Sequence record: DRR723986_4789 | Length of the DNA: 64,000 nt | Reading direction: 5' to 3' (one strand) | Shown: one piece after another, positions 1 through 8,447 of the stretch | Numbering within the stretch: the first letter of the stretch is position 1 | How the letters are laid out: every line of letters begins with the position of its first letter | Notes under the pieces: model-generated | Seen by the model: only the letters and a program-made list of their open reading frames with translations | Told to the model about the DNA's origin: nothing | Databases searched by the model: none | Translations under genes and position numbers: made by a program

Positions 1-1420
1 CCCAGGCGGCGACGATGGTCATGAAATGCGCCCGGCGCACCAAGTGACGGCGTGCCTGCTCCTCGCGATTGCGGACAGGTCGTACCACGTTGCCATTGCC
101 TTGTTTCTGGTTCACGAAATCCAGGCGGCGCTTTGAGCGTTCCGTATACCACTCCCGGAAGAACCCAACACCGAAGACAGCTCCCACGGCGATGTGCGTG
201 GAACTCACGGGCAGTCCGAAACCCGAGGCAACAATCACCGTGATGGCAGCTGACAGCGAAACGCAGTAGGCCCGCATCGGATTGAGCTTGGTAATCTGTT
301 GGCCGACCATTTCGATCAGCCGCGGCCCGAACAACAATAGGCCGAAGGAAATGCCGAAAGCACCGACAGCCATGACCCAGAGCGGAATGCTCACCTTTGC
401 GGCGACGTCTCCGAGTTCCGCCGTGTGAACGATGGCGGCAAGTGGGCCGACAGCATTTGCAACGTCGTTGGCTCCGTGGGCGAAGGACAGCAGAGCCGCC
501 GAGCAGACAAGTGGCACAGAAAACAGGATGCGGAGAGACTGGTTACGGTTTTCCAGCCCTTCAGACTGACGCCTGATCAGCGGTCGCACGATCGCCCAGA
601 CGGCAAGCCCGACAACTACCCCAAGCAACAATGACATCGGCATGTCGATATGCACGATCTTCTTCAGGCCCTTGAGTGCCAGGTAGCTGGCAAAGGTTCC
701 CGACATGACACCGATCAGAACCGGAACCCATTTGCGGGCCGCGGCGATTTTATCGTCCTGATAGATGATGAAGGTCTTGATGAAGGCCAGGAAACCTGCA
801 GCAACCAGACCGCCGAGGAACGGCGAGATGACCCAGCTTGCTGCGATACCGCCCATTGTCGCCCAATTGACCGCGCTGAAGCCCGCCGCCGCAATGCCAG
901 CTCCCATGACGCCGCCAACGATGGAATGCGTTGTCGAGACCGGCGCACCGATCCAGGTGGCAAGGTTGATCCAGAGTGCGGAGGACACCAGAGCCGCCAT
1001 CATAGCTGCCATGAAGACATTGGCATCGGCCACCGAAGCGGGATCAATGATGCCCTTGGAGATGGTGCTGACGACGTCCCCACCTGCGATCAGGGCCCCT
1101 GCACTTTCGAAGACGGCCGCAATGATCAGCGCCGTCAGCAGCGTCATGGCCCGAGAACCGACGGCGGGGCCAACATTGTTGGCAACATCGTTGGCACCGA
1201 TGTTGAGTGCCATATAGGCGCCGATGGCTGCCGCAGCGACGATGATGACCGTTCCCGGTGCTCCCGACATGGAGGCACCGGCGCCAAGGGCGCACAAGAC
1301 GATAAAGACCAGCGCGATACCCGGCGCAATCAAGCCACGTCCAAGAGACCCGGCGGCCTCTTCCATGTAGCTCAGCTTGTCGAGATCCTTGTCGAGGGTC
1401 GGCTTTTTCAAATTCGGCAT
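1..1420 (-). CDS. Inorganic phosphate transporter, PiT family (copy A; 3' end runs off window)
   Basis: Manual translation from ATG at 1420 gives MPNLKKPTLDKDLDKLSY..., GANDVANN and HGANDVAN PiT signatures, PVSTTH/PVSSTH, and is still in frame at position 2 (...RRHLVRRAHFMTIVAAW). Absent from the ORF track because there is no stop codon in the window. Confidence 0.93.
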   Translation of the reverse strand, partial: MPNLKKPTLDKDLDKLSYMEEAAGSLGRGLIAPGIALVFIVLCALGAGASMSGAPGTVIIVAAAAIGAYMALNIGANDVANNVGPAVGSRAMTLLTALIIAAVFESAGALIAGGDVVSTISKGIIDPASVADANVFMAAMMAALVSSALWINLATWIGAPVSTTHSIVGGVMGAGIAAAGFSAVNWATMGGIAASWVISPFLGGLVAAGFLAFIKTFIIYQDDKIAAARKWVPVLIGVMSGTFASYLALKGLKKIVHIDMPMSLLLGVVVGLAVWAIVRPLIRRQSEGLENRNQSLRILFSVPLVCSAALLSFAHGANDVANAVGPLAAIVHTAELGDVAAKVSIPLWVMAVGAFGISFGLLLFGPRLIEMVGQQITKLNPMRAYCVSLSAAITVIVASGFGLPVSSTHIAVGAVFGVGFFREWYTERSKRRLDFVNQKQGNGNVVRPVRNREEQARRHLVRRAHFMTIVAAW

Positions 1421-1540
1421 GGGCGTTCCAGTCGGGAAGTCCTATGAAGGCAAGTCTTGCAAGCCAAGCGTCATCTGGCGCTTGCCTTAAACAATCGTCC
1501 GAAAAGGTCAACCAAAACGGCCCTCATTGGCCAAAATTTC

Positions 1541-2026
1541 TTAGTTGGGTAAATTTTCCAGTTTGCGAAGCACCTTCACGAGGCCCGGATCGCCGGCAAG
1601 CCGCATGGCTTCCTGTATCGGAAGCCACCGGACATCGCGCTCGTCCTTGTCGGGAAAACTGCTTGTCGTGCTTTCAACGTCGACAAGGAACACAAGAACT
1701 TCCGTCCTGAGCTGCAAGCCGCCTTCGCCGCCTTTGTGCGACTGAAAGCTGGCAAAGGGTTTCTTCTGCGCATTTCCGATAACGCCTGCCTCTTCGAAAG
1801 CCTCCACCGCCGCAGTGTGGTGTGCTTTCAACGACATGATCGGCCAGCCTTTGGGAAGAATCCAGCGATGCGTGGATTTGGTCGTCACAAGCAGAACTTC
1901 CCGCTCCCCGTCGCGCAAACGATGGCACAACGCTGCGATCTGCAATCTCGAAGGGCGCCGGAACAACAGAAGCAGGTTCTGAAACCAGGAAGTCCGGGTG
2001 TCGATTGCTGAATAAAGCTGCGCCAT
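1541..2026 (-). CDS. NUDIX hydrolase (DIPP/Nudt3-like subfamily), copy A
   Basis: QIAALC...VLLVT...WILPKGW...EAFEEAGV Nudix-box-like motif; E-x3-R-x-x-RW near the C-terminus is approximated by DERDVRW. Confidence 0.88.
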   Translation of the reverse strand: MAQLYSAIDTRTSWFQNLLLLFRRPSRLQIAALCHRLRDGEREVLLVTTKSTHRWILPKGWPIMSLKAHHTAAVEAFEEAGVIGNAQKKPFASFQSHKGGEGGLQLRTEVLVFLVDVESTTSSFPDKDERDVRWLPIQEAMRLAGDPGLVKVLRKLENLPN

Positions 2027-2147
2027 GGTGCCCTTTCCGAAATATTGGTGATACTCGGAAGATAAGGCCGGAACTCGGGCTTGTCCAGAAAATGCGCACT
2101 GTGTGCTGTTTGTTATCCGTCAAACTTATTAGGGCAGAACGGAGTTC

Positions 2148-3656
2148 TCATGAGAGGACGAGCTTGAGCGCCGTGAAAAGGCCGGCGGCCAGCAAGGCAG
2201 AAGCGGGAACAGTGACAACCCAGGCTGCGATGATGGTGATCAGGCTGGATCGACGCACCAGGAGGCGTCTGCGACGCTCTTCCCTGTTTTTCATCATCTT
2301 GCGCGGTTTCATGACCCCGCCTTCCGCAACATACTTGTTGCGATACCATTCCCGGTAAAAACCCACACCGAACAGCGCACCAACCGCAATATGAGTGGAC
2401 GATACCGGCAGCCCCGCACCAGAAGCCGTCAGCACGGTCGCGGAGGTTGCCAGGGTGATGCAAAAGGCACGTACGGGACTAAGTTTGGTGATCTTCTTGC
2501 CGACAACAGTGACGAGCCGTCTTCCGAACAGCAGAAGGCCGGCGGAGATCCCGCATGCGCCGACTGCGCTCACCCAGATCGGTACTTCGGGATTGAGCGC
2601 CCCCAGATACCAAAATACGAGATCCGGAAAATCGTTCGATTGGCTGAGAACGATGGCTGCCAGCGGCCCTATGGCGTTTGCAACGTCGTTGGCGCCATGG
2701 GCAAATGACAGCAAACCTGCCGCGACCATGAGCGGTACTGCAAAAAGGTTGCGCAAGGCGCGCGCACTGTTTTCCAGTGTAAGCGTTTGGGCGTGGATTA
2801 CCCGGCAATAGATCCGCCAGACAACGAAGCCGACTGTGAGCGACAGCACGATCGCGAGCCATTCGGGAACAGCGATGAGCCGATCGGACGTTTTCAGCAG
2901 AATGTAGCCGGTGAAGGTCGCCCCCATGAGGCCCAGCAGTATCGGCAACCAATATCTGGCAGCTTTCAGCCGGTCCGGCGTATAGACAACCCTTGAATTG
3001 ATAAAGGCCATGATCCCGGCCCCAACAAGACCGCCAAGCACCGGAGACAGAACCCAGGAAGCAGCAATTGTCGAAATGGTTGTCCAGTTGATGGCTGCAA
3101 AGCCGCTTGCCGCGATCCCGGCGCCGACAACACCGCCAATGATCGAATGGGTGGTCGAAACAGGTGCGCCGATCACAGTCGCGAAATTGATCCACAAAGC
3201 TGAGGCAGCCATGGCGGTCAGCATTGCCAGCATGAATTCCGAACTGTTTCGGACATCGCTGGGGCTCAGGATATCTCCGGAAACGGTCGAGACGACATCC
3301 GCTCCGGCAAGCAATGCGCCCGCGCTTTCGCAAACGGCCGCAATCAGCAAGGCGCCGGTGAGGCTGACGACACGCGCGCCCACGGCAGGACCGACATTGT
3401 TTGCAACGTCGTTGGCGCCGATATTGAGCGCCATGTAGCCGCCAATTGCACTGGCGGCCACAAGGATGAGCATGTTGGAAAAACCGCTGGAAGACACCTG
3501 GAATGCGGCCACGCAGGCGCAGATCACGAGGAACACCAGGGCAAGACCCGGTCCGACTAGACGCCGGCCCATAGCCTCCGCCGCCTCACTGACAAAGCTG
3601 ATCTTGTCGAGATCCTTGTCCAGAGCCTTCTTTTTCAGGTCCTTGTTGGTGAGCAC
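2148..3656 (-). CDS. Inorganic phosphate transporter, PiT family (copy B)
   Basis: GANDVANN, PVSTTH, HGANDVAN and PVSSTH signatures; many TM helices; GTG start with GAGG upstream. Confidence 0.95.
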   Translation of the reverse strand: MLTNKDLKKKALDKDLDKISFVSEAAEAMGRRLVGPGLALVFLVICACVAAFQVSSSGFSNMLILVAASAIGGYMALNIGANDVANNVGPAVGARVVSLTGALLIAAVCESAGALLAGADVVSTVSGDILSPSDVRNSSEFMLAMLTAMAASALWINFATVIGAPVSTTHSIIGGVVGAGIAASGFAAINWTTISTIAASWVLSPVLGGLVGAGIMAFINSRVVYTPDRLKAARYWLPILLGLMGATFTGYILLKTSDRLIAVPEWLAIVLSLTVGFVVWRIYCRVIHAQTLTLENSARALRNLFAVPLMVAAGLLSFAHGANDVANAIGPLAAIVLSQSNDFPDLVFWYLGALNPEVPIWVSAVGACGISAGLLLFGRRLVTVVGKKITKLSPVRAFCITLATSATVLTASGAGLPVSSTHIAVGALFGVGFYREWYRNKYVAEGGVMKPRKMMKNREERRRRLLVRRSSLITIIAAWVVTVPASALLAAGLFTALKLVLS

Positions 3657-3688
3657 CCGAACACGCCTCGCTATCCCTCAGGAAATGT

Positions 3689-4180
3689 CTAACAGATTTG
3701 CGATTTGTGCTGCCGCAAAAACCGTCTCAGCGCCGGCTCTTCGGCGGCCTCGATTGCCTTCGAGAAGGGCAGCCAGACCCTTTTGCGTTGCCCGAGTTCA
3801 GGAAAGTCTTTCAACTGTTTTTCAAAACGGATCTTGAAGACAATCACCTTGGTGCGGATCTTCAATCCGTCCGCAAGGCCCTTGTAGGACCGGAAGCTGC
3901 CAATGGCCCGCGGGTCGGCCGTGCCGACAATTCCCGCTTCCTCATAGGCTTCGATCAACGCCGTTTCAAATGCGGGCTTGTCCTTTTCAGGCCAGCCTTT
4001 CGGCAAGATCAAGCGGCCGGTCTCGCGGGTCGAGACCAGGAGAATTTCAGGCTCCGCCTCGCCCGGACGCACGCAAAGAGCCGCGATCTGCAGACGGAGC
4101 GGTTTGACAAACAAACCTGCAATTCCGTGCAGCCACGATACATCCCGCGCTGTCAGTGCCTTAGCGAATCCCATCTCCAC
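3689..4180 (-). CDS. NUDIX hydrolase (DIPP/Nudt3-like), copy B (start GTG 4180 or ATG 4174)
   Basis: QIAALC...ILLVSTRETGRLILPKGW...EAYEEAGI; FPELGQRKRVW. Confidence 0.88.
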   Translation of the reverse strand: MEMGFAKALTARDVSWLHGIAGLFVKPLRLQIAALCVRPGEAEPEILLVSTRETGRLILPKGWPEKDKPAFETALIEAYEEAGIVGTADPRAIGSFRSYKGLADGLKIRTKVIVFKIRFEKQLKDFPELGQRKRVWLPFSKAIEAAEEPALRRFLRQHKSQIC

Positions 4181-4203
4181 ACCTGTTGTTCTGGAACAGC
4201 AGG

Positions 4204-4232
4204 TGTATAGGGAGTTCCCTTAGGGACGTCTA
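4204..4232 (-). promoter_or_regulatory. Putative sigma70 promoter of NUDIX-PiT cluster
   Basis: Minus strand TAGACG-17 bp-TATACA (4232-4227, 4209-4204). Confidence 0.55.
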
Positions 4233-4287
4233 GAGAAAAGTGCACTCGGTGCGCGCACATTTTTATTACAAATATTACAAGTCCGCT

Positions 4288-5178
4288 TCAGGCCGCCGAA
4301 ACGGAAACGTGATCGGCTGTCCAGGCTCCCGGCCAAACTTCCGCCTTGCCGGACTTCAGGTCTCGAAGTTCGTTGAGGGGGACCGAAACGACAAGGAACG
4401 GTTCTTCCCCGTTGCTTCCGGAGGTCGCGGCTACCTCTGCGGCAACACCTGTAAAACCGAATTCCTCTTCACACGGAAGATACAGCGCAGCCCCGGAAAC
4501 GTTGGTGTCGTTCTGCGTCGTGCCCTTTGATGTGCCGACAAGACCGCAAACGGCGACCGCGCACATGAGCTCAACCGCACGTGCCTTGGCACAGCCGAAG
4601 ACACGGTGATAGCCGGAGAGTTTTTCCGTCATTGAAGGCACTAGCAGAAGATCGAGATCCAGCTTCGCCAGCAGGCTGCTGAGCGCCGGCATTTCGACAT
4701 CCAGACAGATCAGGATCGCCATCTTCAATCCGTCGAGCTCGAACGTCTTCAGATCAGCTCCAGGCACCAGATGCCAGATTTCCGGATCCTGCTCGAACGG
4801 TGTGAGGCACAATTTGTCCTGACGGATCTCGCGCCCGTCAGCTGTCAACAGAACGGCTGTGTTGGTGAAACCCGCAGGCGCTTGAACAGGCATCGATCCA
4901 GCCAACAGCGACACACCATACCTGGCAGGTAGCGGAGCAAGTATGGCGAGCAACTCGGTGCCCACGTCCGCCAGGAACGCCATTTCCTGGTCAGGCTGCA
5001 GACCTTCGGGTTTGAACGCCAGGCAGCATTCCACAAGGTATTCAGGAAGCATCAGGAGCTTAGCGCCCTCTCCCGCGGCGCGCTGCATTCCCTCTTCTAT
5101 CTGAGCAGCAAAAGCTGCCACCGAAGCTGGAGCGCGGCTCAGGTTAAAGGACCAAAGTGCAATGGGATAATCTGTCAT
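4288..5178 (-). CDS. Carbon-nitrogen hydrolase (nitrilase superfamily)
   Basis: Catalytic E-K-C contexts: LPEY, QDKLCLTPFE, ICLDVEMP; ARAVE motif. Confidence 0.85.
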   Translation of the reverse strand: MTDYPIALWSFNLSRAPASVAAFAAQIEEGMQRAAGEGAKLLMLPEYLVECCLAFKPEGLQPDQEMAFLADVGTELLAILAPLPARYGVSLLAGSMPVQAPAGFTNTAVLLTADGREIRQDKLCLTPFEQDPEIWHLVPGADLKTFELDGLKMAILICLDVEMPALSSLLAKLDLDLLLVPSMTEKLSGYHRVFGCAKARAVELMCAVAVCGLVGTSKGTTQNDTNVSGAALYLPCEEEFGFTGVAAEVAATSGSNGEEPFLVVSVPLNELRDLKSGKAEVWPGAWTADHVSVSAA

Positions 5179-5295
5179 GGTGCCCGACGTCTCGATAACT
5201 AAGACGCAAGACTTAAAGGCAGCACGCAGAGCGTTTCAAGCCCTTGTCTGCCTTTCGTTCACCGGAACGTGGCTTGTCCGGTATTTCCGGAAGGT

Positions 5296-5487
5296 TCAGT
5301 CGATGAACAGTCCGAGAAATGCTACCAGGACCATCAGAAATCCTGTTCCGACAAGGGCTGCTTTCGGCTCTTGCGGCAGGGCGGTGAGTTTTGCTGAACG
5401 TCTGACTTCCCGAATCCCTTTCAGGGCCCGGTCTGTACGCCTGTCTATTTCTTCGAAATAGGGCGAAAGCTCATTCTGAGCACGCAT
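5296..5487 (-). CDS. Small hypothetical protein with a C-terminal TM helix
   Basis: 63 aa; GAGG RBS upstream; hydrophobic C-terminal stretch; fills an otherwise empty gap. Confidence 0.6.
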   Translation of the reverse strand: MRAQNELSPYFEEIDRRTDRALKGIREVRRSAKLTALPQEPKAALVGTGFLMVLVAFLGLFID

Positions 5488-5572
5488 GCCTGATCCTCAC
5501 GATTCCTTCGTGGGTTCAAACCTTATGCCCGGAGACTTAGCGTTTGGTTAATTCACGTTTACCTGCGCCGCA

Positions 5573-7390
5573 TCAAAGGCGGGTTTTCTGCGGATCCGCG
5601 ACATCAAGGATGCGCAGTTGCACCTTGGGTGTCCCCTGCCAGGTGTCGATTGACAGCGTACCTGCCACATGCAGCGACTGTCCCCGGCCCTGCAAAAGCA
5701 TCTGACCGTGCGGTTTGTCGTCCGCCTTGAAGCAGATTGCCTTTAACGCAGTCCCGTCACCAGAAGTGATCGAGGCTCGGACATGTCCCTTACCGACCAC
5801 ATCGGCGAAGGAAATCCGGTGGGCGGGAAAGGCAAACACCGGTTCAGCATGACCGGCACCATAGGGCCCCGCCTTTTCCAGCAACTCCAGAAGATCGAGA
5901 TTTGCGCCCGTTGCCGTCAGCGCGGCGTCAATCTTCAGTTCCCGGTTCGCACTTGCCGCCTCGACGTCGTCCTTCAGCACATCGTTGAAAAACGCTTCCA
6001 GTTCGGCGGTCTTCTCCCGCAGAACCGTAAGCCCTGCCGCCATGGCGTGCCCACCACCCTTTTCGAGCAAACCTTCGTCAACCGCTCTGCGAACGGCCTT
6101 GCCAAGGTCAACACCGGGGATGGAGCGCCCTGAACCAGTCCCCTTGCCGGTTTCATCAAAGGCGACCGCAAAGGAAGGCCTGCGGTGAGCTTCCTTGAGC
6201 CGAGAGGCAATCAGTCCAACAATCCCGGGGTGCCAATCGTCGGAACCGGTCAGGAGAACCGCCGGATCACGTGCCTGGATCGCCATTGCGGCTTCTGCGC
6301 CGGCCTGTTCCAGCATCACTGCTTCCATGGACTGACGTTCGGTATTTAGCTGGTCCAGCCGCTCGGCGATTGCCCGTGCTTCGTGCGGGTCTTCCGTCGT
6401 CAGAAGGCGCGCGCCCAGTGCAGCGTCGCCAATGCGTCCTCCCGCGTTGATCCGTGGGCCTATCAAGAAACCCAGATGATAAGGCGCCGGCTTTCCGCTC
6501 ACGCGCGCAGTGTCCGCAAGCGCAGTCAGCCCGTAATTGCGGCGTTGGTGCATCACCGCAAGGCCACGTGTCACATAGGCCCTGTTCAGGCCCTGCAACG
6601 GAACGACGTCGCACACGGTACCGAGCGCCACCAGATCTAGCAGCGCCATGAGATCCGGTTCCTGCCTGCCCTGGAAAACCCCGCGACGTCGCAACTCGCG
6701 GTTCAGGCCGACAAGAAACAGGAACGTGACGCCGACAGCTGCCAAATGCCCCTGCCCCGACAGATCATCCTGCCGGTTGGGATTGACGAGCGCCTCAACC
6801 GCCGGAAGCGTTTCGCCAACCTGGTGGTGATCGATGACCACGACGTCGAGATCGAGTTGCCGGGCAGTTTCAAAAGCTTCAAACGACGTGCTGCCGCAGT
6901 CGAGCGTCACCAGCAGATCAGCCCCGCCATGGCGAAGATGTTCGATGGCCGGACCGTTCGGTCCGTATCCTTCGATGATCCGATCCGGAATATGGATCAC
7001 AGGGTCAAGGCCGAGCCACTGCAGGTATTTGGCGAATATCGCCGAGGATGTCGCCCCGTCGACATCGTAGTCGCCGAAGATCGCAATCTTTCGACCAGCC
7101 TGGACTGCATCCGCGACCCTTGCCACGGCGGCGTCCATATCGACCAGACCGGAAGGATCGGGCATCAGCAGCTTGAGTGACGGTTCCAGGAAGCCGGTTG
7201 CCTCGTCGGCCTGAACGCCGCGCGCAGCCATGACACGCGCCAGCACGTCCGGCAGTCCGTGAACCTGCGAAATCGCCATCGCGGTTCGCAGGTCAGCACC
7301 ACTCAGGCGCTCGCGCCAGGCGTTGTCGTTTGCGGAACGGGCGACCCCAAGTACGAGCCGCCTGTCGTCTTCCCCGGATTGTCCCAGCAT
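5573..7390 (-). CDS. recJ: Single-stranded-DNA-specific exonuclease RecJ
   Basis: GDYDVDG, DCG, IDHH, GPRINAGGR, GSGRS and GGHAMAAG motifs. Confidence 0.97.
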   Translation of the reverse strand: MLGQSGEDDRRLVLGVARSANDNAWRERLSGADLRTAMAISQVHGLPDVLARVMAARGVQADEATGFLEPSLKLLMPDPSGLVDMDAAVARVADAVQAGRKIAIFGDYDVDGATSSAIFAKYLQWLGLDPVIHIPDRIIEGYGPNGPAIEHLRHGGADLLVTLDCGSTSFEAFETARQLDLDVVVIDHHQVGETLPAVEALVNPNRQDDLSGQGHLAAVGVTFLFLVGLNRELRRRGVFQGRQEPDLMALLDLVALGTVCDVVPLQGLNRAYVTRGLAVMHQRRNYGLTALADTARVSGKPAPYHLGFLIGPRINAGGRIGDAALGARLLTTEDPHEARAIAERLDQLNTERQSMEAVMLEQAGAEAAMAIQARDPAVLLTGSDDWHPGIVGLIASRLKEAHRRPSFAVAFDETGKGTGSGRSIPGVDLGKAVRRAVDEGLLEKGGGHAMAAGLTVLREKTAELEAFFNDVLKDDVEAASANRELKIDAALTATGANLDLLELLEKAGPYGAGHAEPVFAFPAHRISFADVVGKGHVRASITSGDGTALKAICFKADDKPHGQMLLQGRGQSLHVAGTLSIDTWQGTPKVQLRILDVADPQKTRL

Positions 7391-7400
7391 TCAGCCGCGC

Positions 7401-8402
7401 TTAGTCCAGATGAAACTTCTCAAGATCCGTATGCTGGGCCTTGATGTAGCGCACCGTCCCAGTGGAGGACCGCATGACAACGGTGTGCGTGGTGATGTGA
7501 TGACGGCCGAAGCGGACGCCCTGCAGGAAGTTACCGTCGGTTACACCCGTTGCGGCAAAAAGCACGTCCGGCCCGGCCATTTCTTCAAGCGTGTACTTCT
7601 TCTTGATGTCCTCGATGCCCATGCGATGCGCGCGCTCGACCTGCTCGTCGCGCGTGATCACAAGACGAGACTGCATCTGGCCACCGATACAACGAAGAGC
7701 GGCAGCTGCAAGCACACCTTCCGGGGCACCGCCGATACCTGCGTAGATATCGATCCCGGTTTCGTCCGGATCGGTCGTGTGAATGACGCCGGCGACGTCA
7801 CCGTCTCCGATCAGGCGGATTGCAGCACCGGTCGCCCGGATTTCTTCAATCAGGCGGGCGTGGCGCGGACGGTCGAGCACGCAGGCTGTGACTTCACTGA
7901 CCTTGACGCCTTTTTCCTTGGCAACAGCAGCAATATTTTCGGCAATCGGCGCGTCCAGGTCGATCAATCCGGCCTTGTAACCCGGCCCGATGGCAATCTT
8001 GTCCATATAGCTGTCCGGAGCGTTCAGAAGGTCGCCTGCCGGCGCCAGTGCGATAACCGCCAGGGAGTTCGGCAGGTTTTTGGCGCAGATGGTCGTGCCT
8101 TCCAGCGGGTCGAGAGCGATGTCGACTTTCGGTCCCTGCTTCGTGCCGACGTTTTCACCGATGTAGAGCATCGGAGCTTCGTCGCGCTCCCCCTCACCGA
8201 TAACCACGGTCCCGTCGATAGGCAGGCGGTTCAGTTCGCGCCGCATTGCGTCCACTGCCGCCTGGTCCGCGGCCATTTCGTCGCCGTGACCGCGCAACCG
8301 GGCTGCCGACACAGCCGCTCTTTCACTGACGCGGGCCAGCTCGAGCGTCAGAATACGGTCCAGGCCGCTCGACGGTTGTTTATCAGTATTGGACATCAAC
8401 AT
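7401..8402 (-). CDS. glpX: Fructose-1,6-bisphosphatase class II (start ATG 8402 or 8396)
   Basis: VIGEGERDEAPMLYIGE, DPLEGT, DGDV, GGAPEG, ATGVTDG. Confidence 0.96.
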   Translation of the reverse strand: MLMSNTDKQPSSGLDRILTLELARVSERAAVSAARLRGHGDEMAADQAAVDAMRRELNRLPIDGTVVIGEGERDEAPMLYIGENVGTKQGPKVDIALDPLEGTTICAKNLPNSLAVIALAPAGDLLNAPDSYMDKIAIGPGYKAGLIDLDAPIAENIAAVAKEKGVKVSEVTACVLDRPRHARLIEEIRATGAAIRLIGDGDVAGVIHTTDPDETGIDIYAGIGGAPEGVLAAAALRCIGGQMQSRLVITRDEQVERAHRMGIEDIKKKYTLEEMAGPDVLFAATGVTDGNFLQGVRFGRHHITTHTVVMRSSTGTVRYIKAQHTDLEKFHLD

Positions 8403-8447
8403 CTCCAGTCTCTCCCTCCGCAGGACGCCTCGGCGGGCACTCACTCG

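Noticed and set aside
650-1447. Plus-strand ORFs of 265 and 150 aa at the window start
   Set aside because: They are antisense shadows of the real minus-strand PiT gene (1-1420).
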